From Eledone cirrhosa (Eukaryota), in assembly GCA_964016885.1 (NCBI GenBank), contig OZ024747.1, positions 66,278,001-66,342,000 of the forward strand: DNA of 64,000 bases, written 5' to 3'. A program made the translations under genes and the position numbers. The notes under the pieces were generated by a model. The model did no database searches. It was not told the DNA's origin and saw nothing but the letters and a program-made list of their open reading frames with translations. Position 1 is the first letter of the stretch. The number at the start of each line of letters is the position of its first letter. Below are positions 26,787 to 40,600 of this stretch, piece after piece.

Positions 26787-27200
26787 TCAGTCCGGAGCCT
26801 TGTAGTTATGTAATAGGTGTTTCTTGTTTTCAGTTGTGTTTAAACTTGTGATGTTAGTTGTTTTTGTTGTGGTGGTGGTGGAGGTTGTGTTGGTAGTGTT
26901 GTAGTTGTTGGTGTGGGCAAAATCGGTGTTTTTTTGTTTGCTTGGGAACAGGCAGCCCTCATGTGACCTCTGCCACCACAGAGGTAACAAGCGGGTCGTC
27001 TACCCTCCACTGTGATGTGTAAGTAGGCAAGCCCATCCAGCAATATGCGGTCAGGGATCCTAGCAATTCGTTCTGGCTGCATTTGCACCAGAACTTGCAG
27101 GCTAGTTCCACCGAACACGTTGCTGGAAGACTTACCTACCGAAATTACTGCATCCTCTTTCAAGTCGAGGAGGCCACACAGTACCGCCCAGAAATCAATA
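26787..27200 (-). mobile_element. LINE ORF1 (gag-like) fragment with CCHC knuckle
   Basis: VEGRRPACYLCGGRGHMRAAC (CX2CX4HX4C); decayed. Confidence 0.65.
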
Positions 27201-27369
27201 TCTGGATCGAAGAAAACAAATACAAAGGGGGAAGTTTACATACAATAAAAACGTGTAAAATACTATCACAAATACAATTTAAAATTAGTCGATTTTCCCC
27301 AATAGGGGGAGACATTACATATGGGTAACACATACCCCCGAAAAAAATGTGCAACCCTCATCTCCAGGA

Positions 27370-27640
27370 GTACGAAGAGTGAGTACCGCCTTCCTCTCTT
27401 CCTCTTTTTCCTCAACCTATAGGCTGATATAGAGAGAAGGCCCATTCACTCGGGCCATTCTCGCCACTTTCACCCACCTTTCATAAAACTTACTAGGGTA
27501 CAGCACCTCTCTCTCCATCCTGATTCTTCTTCCAAAGTGGTATTTGAAAAAAATAATCAGTTGTTGGCCGGAGAGAAAGGTGTCTTACCTCAGCCCTTGT
27601 AACCTTGTCCACCATACAACCTCTTTCGCCATAGCTATCA
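27370..27640 (-). mobile_element. L1/Tx1-like 3' fragment
   Basis: Reverse-complement similarity to 17215-17470. Confidence 0.65.
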
Positions 27641-27905
27641 CACAAAGGATAGATAGATAGATGGATGGAGGGACAGACATAGAGACAGACAGACTGTTAG
27701 ATAGATACACAGAACAAAGTGATCGTGATTTAGTGGATATATCTTTGACAAGGATTAAAGAAAAATCATCAACATCATCTCCTCCTTGTTAGGACATACA
27801 GATACAAGGAGTACCTATTCTAAACATCATACACACATATGCGTCTGCTTGTGTGTGAGATGTGCACATGTCTGTGTGCCTGTGTATGTGTGTATACGTA
27901 TCTAT

Positions 27906-27971
<66 letters not shown>

Positions 27972-27984
27972 ATAGACACGTATA

Positions 27985-28074
<90 letters not shown>

Positions 28075-29037
28075 GAAAAATGGAACGGGAACAAAAGAGA
28101 GAGGCAGTACGAACAAAGGTTTATTAGTTTCACGCTCTTGAGAGTGGGTGGTGGTGGCGATTCCGGAGGCTGAGTGTGTATATATGTGGGGGTACGCACG
28201 TGTGTGTGGTGTTTATACGTATTGTGGAGTAGGTGGCGTGGTTAGAAAAAAAATTTGTGAGTGTATGTCCGTGGGTAAGTTCCTAAGGTAGTTCTGTAGA
28301 GGATGTGGTGAGTACCGGATATTTTCCTTGTGATGGAGTTGATGGTGGGAACGATGGCCGGTGTGTGTAATCCGTGGTTGTGTTGGTCGGAAGAGGGAAG
28401 ATGTGGGGTGCGCGCGCAACAGGAAGTGGTCAGAGGTTCAAGGCAGGAGGAGGGTAGAGGAGAATGACAGGTGGAGAGGGCTGTGTGTCTGTGTGTGCGG
28501 AGAAGTGGTCAGAGGGTCAAGGCATAGCAGCAGTAGAGAAGAATGGCAGGTGGAGAAAGTCAGTGTGTCAGTGTGTGCTGAGGTGCGGTGGACAGGGGTG
28601 AGGATGGGTAGGTGTGAAAGGTGGAGTGGGGAGGGGTCGTGCGGGGGGAGGGGATGTGTATTAGTAGAGGTGTGTGTGTGTGAAAGGGTGTGGGTGGAGC
28701 GGGGAGAGCGGGGAGAGGGAGAGAAAGGTGTGGGGGTCAGTGGAGGGAGTGTAGTGTACTGGTGTGTGTGTGTGCGTGTTTGGATGAGTGTATGTGTGGT
28801 GAAGGGGGTGTTAGTGGGTGTTAGTATACTGGTGGTGGGGTGTGTAGAGTGGGTGGTGTAAGTGGGTGTGGGTGGGTGTGTGTGTTCGTGTGCGTGGGGT
28901 CGGGGGGATGTTAGTGGTATTAGTTGTGGGGTGGTGGGAGTGGATGTGTGGGTGAGGGTTAGTGGTGGTAGTAGGGTGTGTGGATGGTGTGAGTGCGGGT
29001 ATATATGTACCGGTGTGTGCGTGATAGGGGGAGGGGG

Positions 29038-29090
<53 letters not shown>

Positions 29091-29097
<7 letters not shown>

Positions 29098-29483
29098 TAA
29101 ACGGAATAGAAAATGCTGACAAATTGTTCACAGTTGAAAAATGGTTTAATTAGGAATAAAAGAGTATTAGTGATTGTATGGGTTAGTATTCAGTTGTGGT
29201 TTTAAGTTTTTAAGTTTTTACCGGTTGCGCATTTCTAAATGCTTTTCAAAAATAATTTTGAGATAGAGTGTCCGTGCTGTTTGCTCTGATCTGATTAGTT
29301 TTGGGAATTCTACCTGTTCTTTTATTGTTAAGATTGTTGATGTTCTATTAAGAGAACCGATTTTACTGAAAAAATCGAATAATGTACACCATTTTACCAG
29401 GGGGAAAAAAATACTGGTCCACCCACACACACACATGTATACACAAACACATACACACGCGTACATCAACATACAAAGAGACT

Positions 29484-29552
<69 letters not shown>

Positions 29553-29705
29553 CTCCGTATAAGACAAAAGCTGAAAAATATCTTTTGACCTTCGAATGAC
29601 TCTGCTGTGTGTATGTACGCACACACACACACACTTATCTTAATAGCCATTTGACACACATCGCTGCTGGCTATTGTCGCAGCATCGAACACCTTACTAC
29701 TACTA

Positions 29706-29757
<52 letters not shown>

Positions 29758-30241
29758 TTGTTGTGAAAGAGTCATTTCTCAATCTTGGCGCAAAACCAAT
29801 TTTTTATCCACATGACCTCTACCGACCAATCAAAATTGTTTTGACCAATAATTTTTGCTGGAGCCACTTTTCTAACATTTTACCATAAAAACAGTCTTGG
29901 CGCAAAATCAACTTTTTACATTCACATGACCTCTACCGACCAATCAAAATTGTTTTGACCACAAGCATTTTTGCAACACAAAAATAACGCTGGAGCCATT
30001 TTTTTAACATAAAAACAGGTAGAATTCCCAAAACTAATCAGATCAGAGCAAACAGCACGGACACTCTATCTCAAAATTATTTTTGAAAAGCATTTAGAAA
30101 TGCGCAACCGGTAAAAACTTAAAAACTTAAAACCACAACTGAATACTAACCCATACAATCACTAATACTCTTTTATTCCTAATTAAACCATTTTTCAACT
30201 GTGAACAATTTGTCAGCATTTTCTATTCCGTTTACCAATAT
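29091..30241. repeat. 228-bp inverted repeat pair (29091-29318 / 30014-30241) carrying a mutated U3-A8 hammerhead
   Basis: Arms are reverse complements; + copy 30080-30116 ttt-TTGAAAA-gcatt taga aatgc-GCAA-ccgg-TA-aaa; spacer holds a ~115-bp tandem duplication (29782-30015). Confidence 0.8.
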
Positions 30242-30273
30242 ATAATAACTTGTGTGTTACACCTCTATTCTTT

Positions 30274-30318
<45 letters not shown>

Positions 30319-30769
30319 GCTTCTACATGAAGAATGAAACAGTTCTATTCCTGTAGAAGCCATTTCTATATTAAATATTTATACTCTGCCTTCTTTGAGT
30401 ACCTTACTTATTGTGGTTACCTACCGATTGAACCTGGGATAAACTTATATATATAAGTATGGATTGAGGGAGACGAGGCTGTGTGGTTACTGATAATTAG
30501 TGTTAGAAAGTAAAGCGACACAAACAAGAGAAGGACAGTTTCCCTTCGTCAGTTGTCTACTACGGGTCACAGATGTTTCAGTGCGTTATAGACAATACAT
30601 CTATCCATAGCGCGCCCATAACCTTTTATCTATCAAAAAGCCATGAAGGCAGAGGGCGTTAGTAAGAGGGATAGAGAGAGAGAGGGGGAGGAAGAGGAGG
30701 GGAGGGGAGTTAATCCAAAAGGTGGCACGACGCACGTGCAACCAGGACCAACAACCAAGCGAGATCGAT

Positions 30770-30821
<52 letters not shown>

Positions 30822-31154
30822 GGAGAGAGATGGAGAGAAAGGGAAGGAGTTGATCCAAAAGAGTGGCAAGATATAAGTCCGGTGTGTGTGTGTGTACGTA
30901 TGTACGTTGCTATATATGTATGTATGTTCTTCTGGTTTTATAATTTCACAAAGTGTTACCAATAGAGAGAGAGTCGGTTTCTAACATAGACACAAGACTC
31001 TCTCATTGGAATTTATACAACATCAACTGGGTAGATATGTATGTATGCATGCATGTGTAGATATGGATGTTATTGTATGTGTGGATGTGTATGTTCTGAG
31101 TTGTATGAGTGCATGTGTATATGTTTTGTATCTGTACATGTGTATATGCAGTTA

Positions 31155-32125
31155 TTAGATGCAACATTTTTGGAATGTTTTACATATTTTTACTGTTCCA
31201 TTAATGGATTGTACTTGTAATTTCCTAACTAGTTGTGTTCTTTCTGTTCCTGTGAAGCCTAGCTTCTCAAGATTTGTATTGAGGCAGTTACTAACATATC
31301 CCAGTGCCCCAATAATCACAGGCATAAATCTGAAAGTGTAATCAGGGTGGAGTATCTGCAGATTTCTCATCAGTTCTGCATAAATATTCTCCTTTTCACT
31401 AATCTTTGATATTATATTGGCATCTGCTGGGCAGCTAATTTCCACTATTGTGCATGTTTTCGTCTCCCTGTCCCATATCATAATATCTGGTCTGCATTTT
31501 ATTGGGGTTTTTACTGGAACATTCCACCAGTAATCTTTCATATTATGTACATGGATGTCCTCCACATTGTTGTAGCTTTTAATGTGTTTATTATCAGGGC
31601 TATCTTTTTTACGAACTGCATTGTACAGTGTTTTGGCCACTACATCATGCCTCATAGGCAGATAGTACCGCGATGACAACTTTGGACAGCTGCTGATGAC
31701 ATGGGTGATATCCTCGATGTTAGTTCTGCAGATTCTGCACTTGTTATCACATCTAGGTGTTTTGCCTGCATCCCTATCTCTTTTGTGAATCAGGTATTTC
31801 GTGTTAATCTCCTGTTCCTGAATTGCAAAAGCGTATCCTTCAAAGTGGGAGCCAATATAGCGGTTGTTGGTCCAAGATAGACTACTTTCCTTATCTATAT
31901 TACTCTCACTCTGGAGCTTCCTGGCAACATATCCATGCATGATTTTTTGCGGATAGGCATGCAGTTTTTCATCCATGGATTCACTGCGATACTGCTGAGC
32001 GACATCCCTGGGTGTGAGTTTTTGATTATCACACAGGGAATATCTCTCAAGGACTTCCTTCCCAACTCTCATGATCTTATCTGTTTCATGCAGATAGACT
32101 TGCTCGAGAAACGGGCTGTTGAATT
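31155..32125 (-). mobile_element. Dong/R4-clade LINE 3' fragment (second family, 5'-truncated)
   Basis: CRICRTNIEDITHVISSC knuckle, RHD, RPDIMIWD..EISCP..K..Y restriction-like endonuclease, VIIGALG. Confidence 0.85.
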
Positions 32126-33230
32126 TGCAAAGTACTTTATATAATGTATTCATTATTACTCTTCTTTTTAAGCTGTTGAATTTAATTTAAGATTATTTCA
32201 ACTATGTATGTATGTATGTATGTATGTATGTATGTATGTATGTATGTATGTATGTATGTATGTATGTATGTATGTATGTATATCTATCTATATAAAATGT
32301 ATTATGTGTACGCTCGTGTGTGTTTATGTGCATGCGAGTGTGTATGTATTCATGATGAAGTTGTATCTGTATCTGTATCTGAAGAGTGTAGAGGCAACTG
32401 AGACTGTATAAATGTATATATAACTTTACCCATTTTAATATACAGACAGAAATAAAACATGCCAAAAGTATTTCTCTTTAATTTGAAAACATGTTAAATA
32501 TTGTCAGAAGTTATGAATATCATCTCAACACCCACAACGAAAAGCAAAACCGAGCTGCTTATATAACACTTACAGCAGTATCTTGAAATGGACATACTAA
32601 TTTGCATATCGTTAGTCGCATGGTATATAGTGCGAGCTTGAACGGCTTGGAATAATTAGAAGTACTAACATCGCGTGATTCATAGTAGCCGGCCAAAGAG
32701 GCATCTCCAGCAGATATTTTAAACGCAAAATCTAGATGTGATATAGCATGTTCTTCTTCAAGTACCGAGTGACTAAACGTCATCGATGGTGGATAAAAAT
32801 CCTAACGTTCTCACATGGATATTGAGATAGTCGTTATGTGATCAAAGCTTCAAATATTCATAGTGAGACTTATATGTGCTATAGATCTCAACACAAATGC
32901 ATGCTACCTGAGGTTTTAAATTTCATCTAACATAGAATATAGACTTTGCGTATATTATTTATGTTGCTTATTGCATTTAACTGAATTTTAGTGTAGTTTA
33001 AGTGCATTTGCTTGACTCCGGTCTGTGAACTAAAGTGATATTAAAATAGTGGTATTTTGTGTGTCCAGACCTGTATTTTTCCAAGGTGAGAGGAGTTCGG
33101 ATCGCATATGGAAGCGTTCTCTGAAAAACTCATTTTTAATATTTAGATATTTCTCAGCGGACTTCAGACCCGGTAATATTCTAAATGTTTTGATTAAGCA
33201 ACGTGAACACCTCTTTCTTTCTTTCTTTCT

Positions 33231-33365
<135 letters not shown>

Positions 33366-33500
33366 GTCTATATATTTATTTATGTATATACGTATGTATC
33401 TATTCAAAAGGCAAACAGAAATAACGAAGCAAACGACACAGTAGAATAAAGGAAATATATATATATACACATATATACGCACATCTACGCATACGTACGT

Positions 33501-33536
<36 letters not shown>

Positions 33537-33768
33537 GTATACACACATATATCTATTTATAATTATTTTTCTATCTGAGTATTTGCAAAGTACTTTATAA
33601 AATGTATTCATTTATTACTCTTCTTTTTAAGCTGTTGAATTTAATTTAAGATTATTTCAACTATTTGATCGCTTTTCAATGTTTATTAGTATTACTACTT
33701 AGAACCTCCTGTTTATCATGTTTATACAGACACACATACATACACACGCACACTCAGATACGTGTATA

Positions 33769-33897
<129 letters not shown>

Positions 33898-33981
33898 AGA
33901 GAGAGAGGGTGGAAAGAGAGGAGACAGAGAAAGGGAGACGGATATACAAAAAGAATTGACCATTTTCATATATATATACAT

Positions 33982-34047
<66 letters not shown>

Positions 34048-34346
34048 GTCTTTGTATTGTGTGTCTGCTTATATGTGTACGTGTGTTCTGTGTGCGCGCG
34101 CGCGCCTGTATGTGTGCGTATGTGTGCATATGTATGTATTATGTGTATATGTACGTGTGTATGCGTATGTGTGAATGTGTGTCGTTCATGAATAACTTTT
34201 AGTAATTTTAGAACGGCAGTAATTTTATATTGATTTGGTTCTTTTATCTATGAATTTAAAATTTTAAATACCCATTTTATATTCAGCAAAGTTTTTGACG
34301 GTCGTACACACACACGCGCGCAGAAACACACACACACTCACACACA

Positions 34347-34424
<78 letters not shown>

Positions 34425-34627
34425 CTCTCACCCACACATATAAACATTCAAAGTGCCTAACTGGTATCTGGGAGATTCGAGATTTGATGGCAAGTTCTTT
34501 TTCCGTCTTTAAGTGTCTTCACCCAGTGTTATAAGCTATATTATAGCATCTCCGTGCATGAGCGCACCTTATATATATATATACATATATATATAGGAAA
34601 ATGTGTGAAATCCTTGGTACAGTTAGC

Positions 34628-34782
34628 TATATTTGAAAAAAGGAAAAGAATGTCTTCACTTGTAGTTGGTGTTCTAAACAATTTCATATAATAATTTTAG
34701 TCAAATTGCAAAATTATTAAATGAAATTGTTTGGAACACCAACTACAAGTGAAGTGTCATTCTTTTCCTTTTTTCAAATATA
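34628..34782. repeat. ~155-bp imperfect fold-back hairpin in (TA)n context
   Basis: tatatttgaaaaaaggaaaagaatg...cacttgtagttggtgtt / aacaccaactacaagtg...cattcttttccttttttcaaatata. Confidence 0.85.
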
Positions 34783-36112
34783 TATATATGTGTGTGTATT
34801 GAAGAGTGTGTATTGAAGTGTTTCATATTCATCGTGGACATTTTTATTTTTGGAATCACCTCATATCAATTTCGCCCTGAATGCATTTTACATAAAACTC
34901 ACACAAGCGAAAATACGAGGAGATACGACTTTATTTAGGAGTTGCATTGCTGCTTTTTGAATGCTAAATAGGAAAAACATTCGCTTCAACTCTTGTTAGT
35001 TGTAGCCATGCTGCATTTTTCCCGTTTATCACTTTGTACATGCAGGCGACATTTCTACCGTTTATAGGATTCTAAATAAAAAATAAATTAACCGTAAATT
35101 TAAACTAAGTATGTGGAAATAATTCTACATCACTGATTTGATTTCAAGAAGTATTTGATATCACTTTGATGAGATGAGATTTTCGACATTTGATTTGATA
35201 ATTCGGCAATATAATTTGTTAAAAATAAAGTTCTAATGCAAGGTCCATTGCATTGTTGGTTCAGTGCTGGTTTTGTTAGCGAATAGTGAACATGTTGGTT
35301 TTCGACTAGTTCCATCCGTTGTTATAAAGTTAGGAAATAATTTTCTTCTCTTTTGCTTTTCATAGCTTGATTGGGTTCCATAAAGGCTCGTTAAAACAAA
35401 ATTGATTTTGTTTTTCATCTTTCACAGAGAATAAAAACATTGGAAACCAGAAAAGCCATTTGGCTGCCCGAGGAGCAGTTATCTCAGACTCGACTCCACT
35501 CCAGCTGTTGTGTTTTCTCTACCATCACGTCGAACTTAGGGAGCCATTTTCAGTTGCCGTAAAAATATTAGCCAAAAGATCCAGAAAGTTTAGGGAAAAG
35601 AAAATACCCCAACCAAAAGGGGAAAAAAAACATTCGCACTTCAATCGAGAAACTGTATAAGGAGTATCAATGACGGAAAAAAGAAAAGTCAAAGATGACT
35701 GACGTTGCATGTAATCAAGATAGTTCTGTTCAAAGAACAACTTAAGCTTACACCACGTGATTCGAAAGATCTAGAAAAATTCGTTTCCGGTTATGAATTA
35801 TAATCATAAGCTGTTTCTCTATTCAACCCCAGTATGATTGTGTATTTAGAACATATTCCTCCTGCTTATTTTCATTTCATTTCATTCTGTCGTGTGGTTT
35901 CCTCATTGAATTAAGTAAAGTAAACAGATAGGAAAATATACCACAGCCCACGCCCAAAACATCGTCATAGATAAAAAGATGTGAAAGTGTGCAAACACTC
36001 AATATTATTCAACTGACCTATAATTCAACATCTCTCGTTATTTCATCAATTCAAACACGGTCGTAATAAACATGACATGATTGGTGAATAGTTTGCAAAA
36101 TGAAACACCCAA

Positions 36113-36162
<50 letters not shown>

Positions 36163-36201
36163 GATATTAGCAAATGGAAACTATATTTATAAAACCATAT
36201 T

Positions 36202-36266
36202 TATTTTATTATACATATTTCAAGGACACCACGTTAAATTATGGTGTGCTTTCATCAGACAAAATA
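36202..36266 (-). ncRNA. Type I hammerhead ribozyme (family E)
   Basis: Minus strand: tattttgt-CTGATGA-aag c acacca taatttaacg tggtgt c ctt-GAAA-tatgta-TA-ataaaata; 8-bp stem I. Confidence 0.68.
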
Positions 36267-36377
36267 CACTATAGATCAGTTTTATAAATAAATATTGACT
36301 TACCCTTAAAAAATGCAACCATTACTGTTGGAAGCTCCCGGATAGCTGTATCCCAACAATTTAAATAGAACTTTTGC

Positions 36378-36430
<53 letters not shown>

Positions 36431-36491
36431 TGAAAACGAAAATGCAACTGGAGTCTTATTTAAAAAAAATATATATATATTTATTTGGTTC

Positions 36492-36527
36492 CTTTACCGG
36501 TTTCGCAGTTCTTCTGCTTTTCAAAAG
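36492..36527 (-). ncRNA. Minimal hammerhead, U3-A8 variant (family F)
   Basis: Minus strand: ctt-TTGAAAA-gcag aagaa ctgc-GAAA-ccgg-TA-aag; stem I only 3 bp; same layout as the 30080 motif. Confidence 0.55.
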
Positions 36528-37566
36528 TAGATTTGAGATGGAGGGTTGCCACTGACTGACCAATGGTCAAAAATACAGATACAATATAGACACAAACATA
36601 TATATATAGTCTATCAAAGTTCTTTCGTTGCACATCTGCAACATCGTCAGTGTTGCTATTATGTTTCCTCCCGTTGCATTGTATGCTTACGCCATCTTTA
36701 TTTAGTCTGTTTATTTATTTGTTTATTTTTTTGTCTTCTCTGCGCATGCGTTTGCGTATATATATATATGGTGGCTGCCAACTCGTTTTCTAGTACGGCC
36801 ACTACTTTATATCCATGTAGGAGAACCCCTACCGATGCGCTGAACGAGTGTGACTTTTAAGTCCAGTCAGCGACTTGAAAACTCTGGTACAAACACTACA
36901 CCTGTGACAATTATTGACACATAGTGCTGGACCCATGGTACCATGTGACGACAAGTGCAGAGAGATCTCCAGATATAAAGCAATGCCTGTGCCGTGAAGC
37001 TTTTATAGTGAGAAAAGTCACTGCACAAAGCCAGTCCCACTCTCTTAACCAAGATGATATTTACCAAAAATAAGAACGAGTCAACATCATTGGATACCAT
37101 CAGGGTTGCAGGTGTTATATCAGAGTTTTCCTTCTCCAAGAATTCTGCCTTGATAAAAGCTAAGGGGGTCATCTCTCCCGGTGATTTTGGATGGCCATTG
37201 ACTCTTAAGAGCTCCTTTGCCCTTTGACAGGTTTTGTTTTTAGTCCTGCAGGATGTCCAAAGTCACCCTCCTCACCAAGAAACCTTGGTGGGGTTGCCAG
37301 TTTAGTCGCCACCGACCCGACCATGAGACAGGTTGTACTGGGATACATGTTACCAGTAGCATATATATATATACGTATGTATGTATACATACATACATAC
37401 ATACATACATACATACATACATACATACATACATACATACATACATACATACATACATACATGATGGCTGCCCCCTCATTATCGAGTATGGCCATTGCAC
37501 GAGAAGAAAAAAGTAAAATAAAATAAAATAAAATAAAAAAAATTAAAAAAATTAAAAATAAAATAA

Positions 37567-37613
<47 letters not shown>

Positions 37614-37614
<1 letters not shown>

Positions 37615-40600
37615 GGGAAGAAGACGCACGAGGTGACGGAGGTCATGAAATCGCTCCCGTAAGTTTTGAATTTTTAACATATTTAAATCATTTGTGAAAT
37701 AACAACTCTTAGTACAAATGCTACGTAAAGCACCCGGCTTGAGCCCCCAAAAAATTCGGACCCAAAATATATTGTTATAAGGCTCAAATATTCAAATATT
37801 CAACTTTGTATTGTACACTGTATATCCAAAAAAAAATGGCTATAAATGGAAGAAGAAGAACCCCCCCCCCCCTCCTCTCCTCTGGCTACACTATATAGGA
37901 CAGCTAAACTCACCAACACCAGAAACTAGATACACCACCCACCCCATCATCTGTGTACACTAAACACAACAGCATTTTCACCTTCACCGCCACCGCTCAC
38001 TACGGCCATCATTACCACCACTATCCCATCACCGCCGCCACCACCCCTTGACTCCTTCACTGCTGCTGCCACCGCTACAGCACCATCACTACAGTAATAC
38101 GGCTCAAATATTCAAATATTCAACTTTGTATTGTACACTGTATATCCAAAAAAAATAAAATGGCTATAAATGGAAGAAGAAGAACCCCCCCCTCCTCTCC
38201 TCTGGCTACACTATATAGGACAGCGAAACTCACCAACACCAGAAACTAGATACACCACCCACCCCATCATCTGTGTACACTAAACACAACAGCATTTTCA
38301 CCTTCACCGCCACCGCTCACTACGGCCATCATTACCACCACTATCCCATCACCGCCGCCACCACCCCTTGACTCCTTCACTGCTGCTGCCACCGCTACAG
38401 CACCATCACTACAGTAATACGGTCGCATCACCGCCACCACTGCCTCGGTATCGACACCACCACCACCACTGTCTCAGTATCGCCAACGCCGCCAGTCTCT
38501 GCTGGCTGCCACTTCCACATTATAGAATTCCTACTACTAACAAAGAGGAAGGCATCAAAATATATAGATAGACTCAAAAGAAAAAAGAAAAAACAAACAA
38601 CAAAAGCAGCACAGCAACAACAGCAAAAAACGAGAAAAACAAACAGAGAAAAACAAAAACAAAAAAAGACACCCCAAAAACGTAAAGAAAATAAGAATGA
38701 AGAGAGAAGCAGGCGGACGGACAGAGAAGAGGGGGGAAAAAGTAAAACTTAAAAAACAAAAACTAAGTCAGACATTCGAATACTACATTACAATGAAACT
38801 TATGCTTATTCATTTTTGGGGCCCTTTCTGCCCGTGTGTTTGTTTGTTTATGTGTGTCCGTATACAGCGTGGTGATAATGCCACACAAGGGCCAAGTGGG
38901 ATGGCGGATCCACAGATGGCTATGTAAACATACATTCGCCAATCCTCGATAAGAGTGTTTAAATATCGAACATAAACAGTTCGAATAACGGTGAAATGGA
39001 GACTAGAACGTCATGTGACAGACTCTCACCCAACAGGTGCCCCCTGGCTCAGCAGCAGGAACCTGACTGTCAACCAAATACTGCTGATGTTGGAGGAAGA
39101 AGAAGAAGGAAAGGGGCCAGAACCAACTGGACGAAAGAATTGAATAGAACTGTTATGCAATGCTACCTGAAAAGTAACCCCAAGGAGAGGGGCTACAGGA
39201 GACGGATGCATAACATCTGGAACGAGATTGGTTTATTTAAATTAGATGAACAAAAATTGGCCGGGCAGGCTCGGGTAATAAGAACTAATGGGTGGATAAG
39301 CGAGCTGGAACTGGAGGAACTGAGCAGAGAGAATGGCTTGGAGATGGCGGGTGTAGTATGCCAGACAAGCGAGCCGGCGGGAAATGAAGGTGAGGAGGTC
39401 CTGAGAACGGAGGAACCACCCGAAGCAGACAATGATCTGAATACTGAGATAAATAATACCTGGAACAGAGATACGGCCACTGAGGAGATGAATGCTGACG
39501 GGCTAGGACAAGATTCGGTTGACATCCTAAATTTAGTGGTAGATGAGTTGAACAATGATAGTGGGAGACCTATGAACCTAAGATTTGTAGACAGGAAAAA
39601 GTTAAAAGAAACAACAGCTAAGGTAAACAAAGTCATCCCATACCTTGAGGCGAGGAGTCTTCACCAGTGCAACAATATCCTCAAAGCAACAGCAAATACG
39701 GTGAGGAAACTACTTGGTATAAAAGCGAGAGGAAACAACAGACAAGAAAGAGCAGAGCCGTGGTGGAAGAAGCGACTGAGTGGGCAAATCGAGGAAATGA
39801 GAAATGACATAGGAAAGCTTGAGTCACTACTGAATGGGACACTAAAAAACATAGGCACTAAAAATAGACTGGAAATAAAATACAAAACTAGGAGTAAAAA
39901 GCTAAATATTATCATAGAGGAATTGAAGCAACGCATTGTAGCAAAGAGTGCCAAAATCAGGCGATACGAGAACAGAGTCAGTCAGTATAAACAGAACCGC
40001 ATGTTCGACAACAACCAGAAGATGCTGTTTGGACAGCTTGAGGGGAAAGAAAGAGGCAACGACTTGATCCCTGGGGCGGAACAAGCTAAAACATTCTGGA
40101 GAGGAATATGGGAGCAGGATGTTAGACACAATGCCCAGGCAGGGTGGATTGAGACAGTACAGAGGGAGATCGGTGAGCAGGCACAGCAACAGACTGATTT
40201 GAGTATCACAGTTGAAACTCTTAAGGGGCAAGCCAAAAAACTAACCAACTGGAAATCACCAGGCCCAGATGGTGTTCAGGGGTATTGGATTAAACATTTA
40301 ACATCCCTCCACCCGAAGCTGACGGCCATGTTCAATGACTGATTGGTGTCGGGTGAGGTGCCAGAGTGGTTGACAAAAGGTACCACAGTTCTGATAATGA
40401 AAGACCGAATCAAGGGTAATGATGTTACCAACTATAGACCTATCACATGTCTGCCCGTAATGTGGAAACTGTTGACGAGCATTGTGTCTGAGGAAATCTA
40501 CCATCACCTCCACACAAACAACTTGTTGCCGGACGAACAGAAAGGATGCCGAAAGAAGTCACGTGGTACAAAGGACCAGTTGCTTATTGATAAGATGGTA

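Noticed and set aside
30318-30620. Hairpin ggcttctaca/tgtagaagcc and separated CTGACGA / GAAA pieces
   Set aside because: Could not assemble a complete hammerhead topology
35130-35740. Possible decayed DNA transposase
   Set aside because: No catalytic or other diagnostic motif recognisable
37614-37700. Possible HDV-like ribozyme at the Dong 5' end (also RTE 60460-60510)
   Set aside because: Expected from related clades, but I could not build the nested double pseudoknot by eye; needs an RNArobo/Infernal search
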